The notes beneath the pieces are model-generated. The model was not told where the DNA came from, did not search any database, and saw only the letters and a list, made by a program, of their open reading frames with translations. A DNA stretch of 64,000 nt from an uncultured Planctomycetia bacterium (GTDB lineage Bacteria > Planctomycetota > MHYJ01 > WSZJ01). The position numbers and the translations under genes were made by a program. Below are positions 55,549 to 64,000 of this stretch, piece after piece. The stretch lies in contig CAVPNQ010000161.1 of the NCBI GenBank assembly GCA_963706735.1, positions 14,756-78,755 of the forward strand, read 5' to 3'. Positions within the stretch are counted from its first letter, which is position 1. Every line of letters begins with the position of its first letter.

Positions 55549-56001
55549 CTACCCGCAGCACTTCTTGTACTTCTTCCCGCTCCCGCACGGGCACGGGTCG
55601 TTCCGGCCGAGCGGGGCGCCGGGTTTCTTGAAGGGCGTCCCTTCCGGTTTCGCGGCTTTCTCGAACGCGGCCGAGAGCACGCCCGCGTAAGCCCCGAGCT
55701 TGCCGCCGCCCGAAAGACGCCCTTCCGTCTCCAGGAACTCGAGGAACGTGCCCACGAGCCGCGGCGCCGCGCCGCGCGCTTCCGGCGACAGCCCGAGCCT
55801 CGCGACTCCCGTCATCAGGCCGAGATGCACCGCGGGCTCGTCCAGGTCGCCCGGCGAAATCTCCGCGCACGCCGCTTCCATGAAGGCCATCAGCACCGGC
55901 CCCGGGTCGAGCCCCGGCCGGTGGCCGAACGCGCGGTACGGCGTGGACTCGACGAAGTCCGCGATCCATCCCTCGACGCTGTCCCGCTCGAACCTCTCCA
56001 T
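55549..56001 (-). CDS. SEC-C motif protein
   Basis: C-terminal [19 protein letters not shown]. The N-terminal domain is unassigned. Confidence 0.75.
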   Translation of the reverse strand: MERFERDSVEGWIADFVESTPYRAFGHRPGLDPGPVLMAFMEAACAEISPGDLDEPAVHLGLMTGVARLGLSPEARGAAPRLVGTFLEFLETEGRLSGGGKLGAYAGVLSAAFEKAAKPEGTPFKKPGAPLGRNDPCPCGSGKKYKKCCG

Positions 56002-56092
56002 GCGCCGATCCTACCCGGTCGCCGCGCAGTTTTCAGGTGTTCGGCGCCGCCGCCCGCGGCATCATGACCCTTCCCTCACCGAAGGAGAACCC

Positions 56093-56812
56093 ATGCGCCA
56101 CCTCGCTTCGCTCGTCCTGGCCGCCCTGCTCGTTCTTCCCGCCGCCGCGGAAGAACAGCGCCCCGACGTCTCCGAAAACGCCTGGCTCGACCTGGACGTC
56201 GCTTCCCTCAAGAACGGCGAATGGGTGAAGCGCAAGCTGGACCGCGACGGGGAGAAGCCGCTGGAGTACCGGCTGGCGTGCGTGGGGGTGGAAGCGGACG
56301 TGGTGTGGATCGAGGAGGACCGGACGACGGTCGAGTTTTTCCCGGGGACGGTGATTTTGTGTTCGATCGACCTGAAGGAGCGGAAGGTGAAGCGGGCGTT
56401 CTGGGGGAAGCCGGGGGAGAAGGGGCGCGAGCTGAACCTGACGCGGGCGAGGGTGCCGGACCCGGGGAACGACGCGGCGACGGGGAAGGCGGAGGTGACG
56501 GCGGGGAAGGCGACGATCAAGGGGAAGGAGCATGTGACGGAGAAGGTGGAGATCAGCACGGAGGTGGAGGGGCTGGGCGCGCCGATCAAGGTGAAGCAGG
56601 TAATCGTGCTGGCGCCGGGCGTGCCGTTCGGGCTGCACGCGGACGCGGCGGGCGTGTGCCGGGCGAGCATCCAGGAGGGGAAGATCGAGTGGAAGGGGAA
56701 GCCGGCGTGGAAGGGCGGGCTGGTGACGCTGCAGCTGGAGGGTCGCGAGAAGTTCACGCTGACCCTGGTGGACTGGGGGACGGACGCGAAGGCGACGCTG
56801 TTCAAGCCATAG
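56093..56812 (+). CDS. Secreted hypothetical protein
   Basis: RBS gaaggaga. Signal peptide MRHLASLVLAALLVLPAAAEE. Beta-rich sequence. Confidence 0.6.
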   Translation: MRHLASLVLAALLVLPAAAEEQRPDVSENAWLDLDVASLKNGEWVKRKLDRDGEKPLEYRLACVGVEADVVWIEEDRTTVEFFPGTVILCSIDLKERKVKRAFWGKPGEKGRELNLTRARVPDPGNDAATGKAEVTAGKATIKGKEHVTEKVEISTEVEGLGAPIKVKQVIVLAPGVPFGLHADAAGVCRASIQEGKIEWKGKPAWKGGLVTLQLEGREKFTLTLVDWGTDAKATLFKP

Positions 56813-56819
56813 GTAGCCG

Positions 56820-57185
56820 ATGGACCAGCTGAAAACCGTACGCCTGCTCCTCCTGGAGCTGCACCGCCTCGTGCTGGCGGTGGAGCGGGAGGAGTACGAG
56901 CGCCAGCACGGCCGGGTCAACGGGGCGGCGTTCCTCCGCGTGCTGACGACGGACCCGGCGTTCCTGTGGCTGAAGCCGATGACGGCGATGATCCTCGCGA
57001 TGGATGACATGCTCGACGCGGGGGACGACCTGCTGCCGGCGGACCGGGTCGACGCGATCGAGCGCGTGCGCGCGCTCATCACCCCCGACGAATCCGGAAG
57101 CGAGTTCCAGCGCCGCTACGCCGACGCGCTGCAGCAGAGCCCGCACGTCCTCCTGGCGCACGGGGCGGTGCTGCGGGCGCTGTAG
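56820..57185 (+). CDS. Hypothetical helical protein (121 aa)
   Basis: ORF with normal codon bias, 8 nt after the preceding gene. No recognisable motif. Confidence 0.45.
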   Translation: MDQLKTVRLLLLELHRLVLAVEREEYERQHGRVNGAAFLRVLTTDPAFLWLKPMTAMILAMDDMLDAGDDLLPADRVDAIERVRALITPDESGSEFQRRYADALQQSPHVLLAHGAVLRAL

Positions 57186-57207
57186 CAGGATGGCCATTTT
57201 TCCTGTT

Positions 57208-57234
57208 TTGTCCTTAATAGGCGTATGGTATGAT
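57208..57234 (+). promoter_or_regulatory. Possible promoter (TTGTCC-N15-TATGAT with TGG extended -10) for the phd/zeta-like pair
   Basis: ttgtcc at 57208-57213, tgg-tatgat at 57226-57234, RBS aggaga at 57243-57248, ATG at 57255. Confidence 0.3.
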
Positions 57235-57254
57235 CCGCCCCAGGAGATGACCCC

Positions 57255-57605
57255 ATGACGACCGTGTCCCTGCCCCAGCCCACCGGCGACGCCGTCCCGA
57301 TGCCCAACGTGCCCGCTTCGGCCCTCAAGAACTCGACGGCCGACGTGCTCGACCAGGTCCTCGAGACCGGCGGTGTCGTGATCACGAGGCACGACAAGGG
57401 GAAGGCCGTGATGCTCTCCATGGAGACCTATCGCCGCCTCGTCGATTCCCGCCAGGACGATCTCGACGTCCTCCGCGCCAAATTCGGCGGGCTCCTTGCG
57501 AAGATGCAGACACCCGCCGCCCGCAGGGGCATCCGCGACGCGTTCGACGCCTCCCCCGCGGAAATGGGCCGGGCTGCGGTGAAAGCGGCGCGCCGCCGTG
57601 GGTGA
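57255..57605 (+). CDS. Phd/YefM-family antitoxin
   Basis: SALKNSTADVLDQVLETGGVVITRHDKGKAVMLSMETYRRL matches the Phd/YefM N-terminal fold pattern. Overlaps the downstream ATPase gene. Confidence 0.75.
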   Translation: MTTVSLPQPTGDAVPMPNVPASALKNSTADVLDQVLETGGVVITRHDKGKAVMLSMETYRRLVDSRQDDLDVLRAKFGGLLAKMQTPAARRGIRDAFDASPAEMGRAAVKAARRRG

Positions 57606-58245
57606 GCGACGGGCCGTCATCACGGTGCTTGCCGGCACGAATGGCGCGGGGAAGAGCAGCATCGCGGGCGCGACGCTGCGCTCGCGGAATGCCGAGTACT
57701 ACAACCCGGACGAGGCCGCACGCGCCTGGCTCGAGGCTCACCCGGAGGGGACGTCGGAGGCGGCGAACGCAGCCGCCTGGGAATTCGGACGGCAGCTGCT
57801 CGAGGAAGCGATCCGGGACAGGAAAGACTTCGCGTTCGAGACAACCCTCGGGGGAAACACGATCGTCGCGCTTCTCGAGCGAGCGGCCGATTCCGGCCTC
57901 GACGTCCGGGTCTGGTTCACGGGGTTGTCCTCGGTGGAACTCCACCTGAAGCGCGTGAGGCAGAGGGTCCGGCTCGGGGGGCACGACATCCCTGAGGAGA
58001 TGATCCGGCGCCGGTACCTCGCCGGACCGCAGAACCTCGTGCGTCTGATGCCGAAACTCGCAGCGCTCCGCGTCTACGACAACAGTGCGGCCGCCGAACC
58101 TGCCTCCGGAGTCCCGCCGAATCCGGTGCTGGTGATCCACATGGAACGCGGGCGGATCAAGTCGCCCAAAGATCTGTCGCGCACCCCCGAGTGGGCGAAA
58201 CCGGTCGTCGCTCGAGCCATGGAGCTTCACCAGCAATCCCGGTAG
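57598..58245 (+). CDS. Zeta-toxin/AAA-like P-loop kinase (putative toxin)
   Basis: P-loop VLAGTNGAGKSS, size ~215 aa. GTG start overlapping the antitoxin stop. Confidence 0.7.
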   Translation: MGERRAVITVLAGTNGAGKSSIAGATLRSRNAEYYNPDEAARAWLEAHPEGTSEAANAAAWEFGRQLLEEAIRDRKDFAFETTLGGNTIVALLERAADSGLDVRVWFTGLSSVELHLKRVRQRVRLGGHDIPEEMIRRRYLAGPQNLVRLMPKLAALRVYDNSAAAEPASGVPPNPVLVIHMERGRIKSPKDLSRTPEWAKPVVARAMELHQQSR

Positions 58246-58305
58246 CCCGCCCGCTCACCCGCTCTTCGTGCTATCCTCCCGCCCCCTCTTTCCGGAACCA
58301 CCCTG

Positions 58306-59841
58306 ATGCGCTTCACCGAACTCCACCTGATCGAACCTCTCCTCCGCGCCGTCCACGACGAGGGCTACGTCGAGCCCACGCCGATCCAGCAGCAGTCCAT
58401 CCCGCACGTCCTGGCGGGGAAGGATCTCCTGGGGTGCGCGCAGACGGGGACGGGGAAGACGGCGGCGTTCGCGCTTCCGATCCTCCAGATGCTGCAGGCG
58501 CAGCCGATCCCGAACCCGCGGCCGGCGCGCGTGCTGGTGCTGGCGCCGACGCGCGAGCTGGCGACGCAGATCGGGGACTCGTTCCGGGTGTACGGGAAGC
58601 ACCTGCAGTTCCGGCACACGACGATCTACGGCGGCGTGGGGCAGCACCAGCAGACGGCGGCGATTCATCGCGGCGTGGACATCATCGTCGCGACGCCGGG
58701 GCGGCTGCTGGACCTGATGCAGCAGGGGTACGTGAAGCTGAACAAGGTGGAGATCCTGGTGCTGGACGAAGCGGACCGGATGCTGGACATGGGGTTCATC
58801 CACGACGTGAGGCGGATCGTGACGGCGGTGCCGAAGAAGCGGCAGACGCTGTTTTTCAGCGCGACGATGCCCGGGGACATCCAGAAGCTGGCGCACGACA
58901 TCCTGACGCACCCGGTGAAGGTCGAAGTGACGCCGACGGCGACGACGGTGGAGAAGATCGCGCAGTCGATCTGTTTCGTGGACAAGGGGAACAAGTTCAC
59001 GCTGCTGGAGAAGCTGCTGAAGGACCCGGCGATCAACCGGGCGCTCGTCTTCACGCGGACGAAGCACGGCGCGAACAAGCTGTCGAAGGCGCTGGAGAAG
59101 GTCGGCGTGCGGTCTGACGCGATCCACGGGAACAAGGCGCAGTCGGCGCGCGAGCGGGCGCTGAAGGATTTCGGAAGGGGCCGGATCCGCGTGCTGGTGG
59201 CGACGGACATCGCGGCGCGCGGGATCGACGTCGAGGGGATCACGCACGTGTTCAACTACGACCTCCCGAACGTCCCCGACAGCTACGTGCACCGGATCGG
59301 GCGCACGGCGCGGGCGGGGGCGAGCGGCGCGGCGATTTCGTTCTGTTCGCCGGAAGAGCGCGGGGAGCTGGCGGACATCGAGCGGCTGATCCGGATGAAG
59401 CTGCCGGCGCGCGAGGGGTATGAAGGGTCGCGCGAGGTCGTGCGGTCGGGCGGGCACGGAGGCGGGCATGCGGGCGGTCGGTCGGGCGGACACGGCGGCG
59501 GACATGCGGGCGGACGGTCGGGCGGGCACGGCGGCGGACACCGCGGCGACAGCGGCGGATGGGCCACCGGACGCGGACGGCCCCACGCGCACGGCGCTTC
59601 CCACTCCACGCCGCGCTCCCACGGCGGTTCCCACGGCCACGCGGCGGCGCCTTCCCACGGCAGTTCCCACGCCCACACCCCTTCTCATGCTCACGGAAGC
59701 ACGCCGGCTCATCCCGGATCGCACGCACCGGCGGCGTCCCACGGACACGGCGGCTCGCACGGCCACGCGGCGTCGCACGCCCAGCCCGCACGGGGCTTCG
59801 GGGGCAAGCTCCGCGGGCGGCACCCCCGGCGCGCCCGGTAG
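58306..59841 (+). CDS. DEAD-box ATP-dependent RNA helicase (RhlE-like) with Gly/His-rich C-terminal tail
   Basis: Q motif, [27 protein letters not shown] (DEAD), SAT and [10 protein letters not shown]. The tail starts at about residue 381. Confidence 0.9.
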   Translation: MRFTELHLIEPLLRAVHDEGYVEPTPIQQQSIPHVLAGKDLLGCAQTGTGKTAAFALPILQMLQAQPIPNPRPARVLVLAPTRELATQIGDSFRVYGKHLQFRHTTIYGGVGQHQQTAAIHRGVDIIVATPGRLLDLMQQGYVKLNKVEILVLDEADRMLDMGFIHDVRRIVTAVPKKRQTLFFSATMPGDIQKLAHDILTHPVKVEVTPTATTVEKIAQSICFVDKGNKFTLLEKLLKDPAINRALVFTRTKHGANKLSKALEKVGVRSDAIHGNKAQSARERALKDFGRGRIRVLVATDIAARGIDVEGITHVFNYDLPNVPDSYVHRIGRTARAGASGAAISFCSPEERGELADIERLIRMKLPAREGYEGSREVVRSGGHGGGHAGGRSGGHGGGHAGGRSGGHGGGHRGDSGGWATGRGRPHAHGASHSTPRSHGGSHGHAAAPSHGSSHAHTPSHAHGSTPAHPGSHAPAASHGHGGSHGHAASHAQPARGFGGKLRGRHPRRAR

Positions 59842-59848
59842 CGCGGGC

Positions 59849-60712
59849 CTACGCGGGGTTTCGCGGGCGGCCGGCACCGAATCGCAGGCTGACGCGGTGC
59901 ACAACCCCGTCGGCCCCCGCCGCGGGCACTTCCAGGTCCTTCTTCTTGTCCGCCGTGTGCAGGATTCCCAGGACATCCCCCGGGAGGCCGGGTTCGTGGA
60001 AGAGCCCGTCCGCGAGGGAGTAGGCGGGCAGGGCGAGGTGGCAGAGCCAGTTGGCGCGGGCCGGAAGCGGATGGAACGGAAGTTCCCCGGTCCAGACGGC
60101 GTAGTTGAGCGCGGTCTGGTCGCAGCAGATGCGCCCCTCGCAGCGCTCGAGCCCGGCCCGGAACGCCCGTTGCCAGGCTTCCCAGTGTGGCGCGCCGGCG
60201 CGAAGCGCGAAGACCCCGGAATTCAAGTAGGTCTCCGTCAACAGCCGGTCCCAGGTCGTCTCGCCGAAGTACTCGCGCAGGTTTTTCAGACGCCATTTCC
60301 AGCGCCCCATACTCTGCACATACGACACGTGAATCTGCGGCGCGATCGCCAGCTTGCCGTCGGCGGCCGCCTCCGCGAACCAGTCGAGCGCGAATTTCGA
60401 CTGCACCCAAGCGTCCGCGTCGATCCAGAGGTAGAGATCGTGGCCGGGAAAGTGGCGAGGGATGAAGGGCCGGGCGGTGAAGCCCTGGAGGTACGGCTTC
60501 TCGAGCGCGAGCTGGCTGTCGATCGCCAGGTCCCACCCCGGCCGGACGATCGCCGCCGTGTACCCGCGCAGCCAGTCCAGCGTTTCCGCGCCCAGTCCCA
60601 GGTCCATGATCCCCAGCTCGACGCCCTTCTGCGGCCCCCACTGGAACAGCGACGCCACGAGTCCTTTCAGCATCGGCGCGAAGGCCTCGTTGGCGGCGGT
60701 GACGATCAGCAT
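59849..60712 (-). CDS. Nucleotide-diphospho-sugar transferase-like protein (GT-A fold, DxD), paralog 1
   Basis: MLIVTAANEAFAPML..., WIDADAW (DxD), NSGVFAL. About half of residues are identical by eye to the adjacent paralog. Confidence 0.65.
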   Translation of the reverse strand: MLIVTAANEAFAPMLKGLVASLFQWGPQKGVELGIMDLGLGAETLDWLRGYTAAIVRPGWDLAIDSQLALEKPYLQGFTARPFIPRHFPGHDLYLWIDADAWVQSKFALDWFAEAAADGKLAIAPQIHVSYVQSMGRWKWRLKNLREYFGETTWDRLLTETYLNSGVFALRAGAPHWEAWQRAFRAGLERCEGRICCDQTALNYAVWTGELPFHPLPARANWLCHLALPAYSLADGLFHEPGLPGDVLGILHTADKKKDLEVPAAGADGVVHRVSLRFGAGRPRNPA

Positions 60713-60722
60713 CGGCGCGCGC

Positions 60723-61604
60723 TCACCGGCCGGTCGCCGGGGCGGACTTCGCGCGCTTCGGGTCGAAGCGCAGCCCGACCTGGACCATCTGCCCGTTCGC
60801 GTCGCGGACCGGCACGGTCTGGTCCTTCATCCGTGCGGTGAGGTGCACGATGCCGATCGGGTCGCCCGGAATGCCGGGCTCGTGAAACAACCCGTCCGAC
60901 ATCCGGAACTCCGGCAGCGCCAGGTGGCACGTCCAGTTGCAGCGCGCGGGAAGCGGGTAGACCGGCAGGCGCTCCTGCCAGAGCGTGAAGTTCAGCGCCG
61001 TCTGGTCCGTCGCGAACATCCCCTTCGCATTCTCCAGCCCCGTCCGGAACCACTTTCCCCAGAGATCCCAGTGCGGCGCGTCCGCGTTCAGCGCGAAGAC
61101 GCCGGAATTCACGTAGGTTTCGACGAGAAGCGCTTCAATCGGAATCTCGCCGAAATAGTTGCGGAGGCAGTCGATGCGCCACTGGACGGCGCTGGGGGTG
61201 TGCTTATAGAAGCGGTCCACCTGGGGGACGATCGCCATTTTCCCCGTGCCGGCGGCCTGCACGAGCCAGTCGATGGCGAACCACTGCTGGACCCAGGTAT
61301 CGGCGTCCAGCCAGAGGTACATGTCGTAGCCCGGGAAGTGCCTGGGGATGAAGGGGCGGGACGTCATGGCGCGGAGGTGCGGTTTGTCGCGGGCGACGTT
61401 CTTGTCCAGCGGGATATCCCAGCCCGGCTTGACGATCGTCTTCGTGTAGCCGCGGAGCCACTGAAGCGTTTCGGGGGAAAGGTCGAGATCGAGCACGCCG
61501 AGCTCGGCGCGCTTCAGGGGCCCCCACTGGTGCAGGGATTCGACGAGGCTCCGGAGGAGCGGCGCATACCCCTCGTTCGCGGCGGTGACGATCAGGAGGC
61601 GCAT
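60723..61604 (-). CDS. Nucleotide-diphospho-sugar transferase-like protein, paralog 2
   Basis: MRLLIVTAANEGYAPLL..., WLDADTW, NSGVFAL. Lies 10 nt upstream of paralog 1. Confidence 0.65.
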   Translation of the reverse strand: MRLLIVTAANEGYAPLLRSLVESLHQWGPLKRAELGVLDLDLSPETLQWLRGYTKTIVKPGWDIPLDKNVARDKPHLRAMTSRPFIPRHFPGYDMYLWLDADTWVQQWFAIDWLVQAAGTGKMAIVPQVDRFYKHTPSAVQWRIDCLRNYFGEIPIEALLVETYVNSGVFALNADAPHWDLWGKWFRTGLENAKGMFATDQTALNFTLWQERLPVYPLPARCNWTCHLALPEFRMSDGLFHEPGIPGDPIGIVHLTARMKDQTVPVRDANGQMVQVGLRFDPKRAKSAPATGR

Positions 61605-61636
61605 GGCGGTTCCGGAAAGGGGAGGGGCGGCGCGGC

Positions 61637-62926
61637 TTACCGCCGGCCGTTCATGTCCACCCAGGACCGCTCTGCGGCGCCGGTGTAGATCTGCCGGGGC
61701 CGGGCGATCTTGAGGTCCTTGTCCTCCATCTGCTCGTTCCACTGCGCGAGCCAGCCGGACATGCGGGGGATGGAGAACAGGACGGGGAACATCTCCACGG
61801 GGAAGCCCATCGCCTGGTAGATCAGGCCCGAGTAGAAGTCCACGTTCGGGTAGAGCTTGCGCTTCACGAAGTATTCGTCCTGAAGCGCGATGCGTTCGAG
61901 TTCGAGGGCGATGTCGAGCTTGGGGTTGCGGCCGGTGACGTCGAAGACCTCGTCGGCAAGGCGCTTGATGGTGCGGGCGCGGGGGTCGTAGTTCTTGTAG
62001 ACGCGGTGGCCGAAGCCCATCAGCTTGCCGTGGCCCTCCTTGACTTCCTTGATGAAGGCGGGCACGCGGTCCTTGTGGCCGATTTCGGCGAGCATGCGGA
62101 GGACGGCCTCGTTCGCGCCGCCGTGAAGCGGGCCCCAGAGCGCCGCCGCGGCGCCGGCCGCGGAGGAATACGGGTCCGCGTCCGAGCTCGAGATGCTCCG
62201 CATCGAGTTGGTGCTGCAGTTCTGCTCGTGGTCGGCGTGGAGGATGAAGAGCACGTCGAGCGCGCGGACGAGCTTCGGGTTCGCGTCGTAGCGTCCCTCG
62301 GCCATCTTCCAGAGCATCGACATGAAGTTGCCCGCGTAGCCAAGCGAGTTGTCCGGGTAGACGTACGGGCGGCCGACGCTGTGCCGGTACGCGAACGCGG
62401 CGATCGTCGGGACCTTGGCGATGAGGCGGAAGATCTGCTGCTTGCGCGACTCGGGGTCGTGGACGTTGCGGGCGTCGGTGTAGAACGTCGAGAGCGCGCT
62501 CAGCGTGCTGGCGAGCATCCCCATCGGGTGCGCGTCGTAGTGGAAGCCGTCCATCAGCTTCTTCATGTTCTCGTGCAGCATCGTGTGGTGCGTGATCCCC
62601 GCGACCCAGTCGTCGAACTGCGTCTTCGTCGGCAGTTCCCCGTGGACCAGCAGGTACGCCACTTCGAGGTAGTTGCTCTTTTCGGCCAGCTGCTCGATCG
62701 GGTACCCGCGGTAGCGCAGGATGCCCTTGTCGCCGTCGATGAACGTCACCGCGCTCTTGCACGACGCCGTGTTCATGAACGCCGGGTCGTAGGTCATGAG
62801 GCCGAAGTCTTCCTCGCTGACCTTGATCTGGCGGAGATCGACGGCCTTCACGGTGCCGTCGGAAATGGGCAGCTCGTACTGCTTGCCGGTGCGGTTGTCG
62901 GTGACGGTCAGGGTGTTGCGGGCCAC
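61637..62926 (-). CDS. gltA: Citrate synthase (type II, GltA)
   Basis: Motifs LRYRGYPIEQL, ILHADHEQNCSTN, GPLHGGANE and MGFGHRVYKNYDPR. GTG start preceded by aaggag. Confidence 0.95.
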   Translation of the reverse strand: MARNTLTVTDNRTGKQYELPISDGTVKAVDLRQIKVSEEDFGLMTYDPAFMNTASCKSAVTFIDGDKGILRYRGYPIEQLAEKSNYLEVAYLLVHGELPTKTQFDDWVAGITHHTMLHENMKKLMDGFHYDAHPMGMLASTLSALSTFYTDARNVHDPESRKQQIFRLIAKVPTIAAFAYRHSVGRPYVYPDNSLGYAGNFMSMLWKMAEGRYDANPKLVRALDVLFILHADHEQNCSTNSMRSISSSDADPYSSAAGAAAALWGPLHGGANEAVLRMLAEIGHKDRVPAFIKEVKEGHGKLMGFGHRVYKNYDPRARTIKRLADEVFDVTGRNPKLDIALELERIALQDEYFVKRKLYPNVDFYSGLIYQAMGFPVEMFPVLFSIPRMSGWLAQWNEQMEDKDLKIARPRQIYTGAAERSWVDMNGRR

Positions 62927-63036
62927 GGGAAACTCCTTGAGCGCTGCGGGGCGAAGGTGCGAGTGGCGGGACGGACTGAAAGATACTCGGTGAGGCGGGG
63001 AGGACAAGGGTTTCCGGGGGGATGGAGGCCCTGGGA

Positions 63037-63231
63037 GGGTGGCCGGGAGGGGAAACGGCAAACGCAAAAGGGAGAACCCTCAAGCAAACGACAAAGGGCA
63101 AACGACAAGACAGGCAGTTCGTCGAATGGCTTGCCGGGTGGCGTCAGCCGTGAATTTTGTTCTCTGTTTTGCCTTTGGCGTTTGGTTTTGCGTTTCGCGG
63201 TTTTGAGTTTGCCTTTTCGAGCCCACGCACC
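63037..63231. repeat. Palindromic intergenic element A3 (A family, + orientation)
   Basis: Colinear with A1 over its whole length. The core caagacaggcagttcgtcgaatggcttgccggg lies at 63106-63138. Confidence 0.9.
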
Positions 63232-63278
63232 CGGGGACAGAACTTCCCCTCCGGCAGGCCCCGCCCTACGATACTCCC

Positions 63279-64000
63279 ATGCCCACCGCCCCTCCCGCCC
63301 GCCCCGCCCCGATGGTCTCGATGCCGGCCGTCGATTTCGACAAGACGCCCTTCATCGTCATCTGGGAAACCACCCAGGCCTGCGACCTCGCCTGCAAGCA
63401 CTGCCGCGCCAACGCCATCGCCGGCCCCATCCCCGGCGAGCTCACGACGAAGGAAGGCAAGAACCTCATCGACCAGGTCGCCGACATGGGCGCGCCCCTC
63501 ATGGTGCTCTCCGGCGGCGACCCCGCGACGCGCGACGACCTGTTCGAACTGGTGAAGTACGGCAAGAAGCGCGGCCTGCGCATGGCCACCATCCCGGCCG
63601 CCACGCCGCGCCTCACGCGCGACCTCGTCTTCAAGCTCAAGGACGCGGGCCTCGACCAGATCGCCTTCAGCCTCGACTTCCCCAACGCCGAGCTCCACGA
63701 CGCCTTCCGCGGCGTCCCGGGGGCGTTCGCGAAGACGCTTCAGGGGATCGCGTGGGCCAAGGAAGCGGGCATCCCGCCGCAGGTGAACTCGTGCGTCTGG
63801 GGCGGGTCGAGCCTGTACCTGCAGGAGATGGCCGACCTGATCGAGAAGCTGGGCGTGGTGTTCTGGGAAGTGTTCTTCCTGGTGCCGACGGGTCGGGGCA
63901 CGGATATCGCCGGGCTCAACGCGACTCACTGCGAAGAGCTCTTCGAGATCCTCATGAAGGCGCAGGCGAAACAGAAGTACATCCTGAAGGTCACCGAGGC
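63279..64000 (+). CDS. Radical SAM protein, 3' end beyond window
   Basis: CDLACKHC (CX3CX2C) about 35 residues from the ATG; SAM-binding LVLSGGDP-type motif (MVLSGGDPA). The frame is open to nt 64000. Confidence 0.85.
   Translation, partial: MPTAPPARPAPMVSMPAVDFDKTPFIVIWETTQACDLACKHCRANAIAGPIPGELTTKEGKNLIDQVADMGAPLMVLSGGDPATRDDLFELVKYGKKRGLRMATIPAATPRLTRDLVFKLKDAGLDQIAFSLDFPNAELHDAFRGVPGAFAKTLQGIAWAKEAGIPPQVNSCVWGGSSLYLQEMADLIEKLGVVFWEVFFLVPTGRGTDIAGLNATHCEELFEILMKAQAKQKYILKVTE

Overview
High-GC bacterial chromosomal segment (about two-thirds G+C by eye) with roughly 65 protein genes. I saw no rRNA, tRNA or CRISPR. The gene content suggests a Planctomycetota-like organism, which is inference only: a Ser/Thr kinase fused to an FGE-sulfatase domain, a DUF1570-type HExxH peptidase, a prenyltransferase/squalene-oxidase-repeat protein, secretin-like secreted proteins and many lipoproteins. 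Housekeeping blocks are tpiA-secG-yicC-gmk-rpoZ-coaC-coaB, gltA, ppk2, a DEAD-box helicase and an ABC exporter pair. Accessory content comprises VapBC, HipBA, TacAT, a Phd/zeta-like pair, an orphan RHH antitoxin, an IS5/IS1182-type transposase remnant and a truncated cysK fragment. Most noteworthy: (1) 11 of the 12 long intergenic spacers carry a long imperfect hairpin element whose two arms are built from short tandem repeats. One subfamily shares the 13-mer GGCAAACGACAAG and a conserved central core. (2) One copy of that subfamily is cleanly split by a ~1.7 kb, more AT-rich insertion with no inverted ends and no target duplication, carrying one unrecognised 531-aa ORF. This is a candidate novel mobile element or the autonomous partner of the small repeats. 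(3) An in-frame TGA joins two listed ORFs into a peroxiredoxin-like protein with a U-x-x-C motif and a downstream hairpin, making it a candidate selenoprotein. (4) A lidless Hsp70, a short GrpE-like protein and a membrane-anchored HPD-less J-like protein lie divergent from an operon encoding the kinase-FGE fusion and two paralogous secretin-like secreted proteins. All calls come from reading the sequence and the ORF track; no searches were run.
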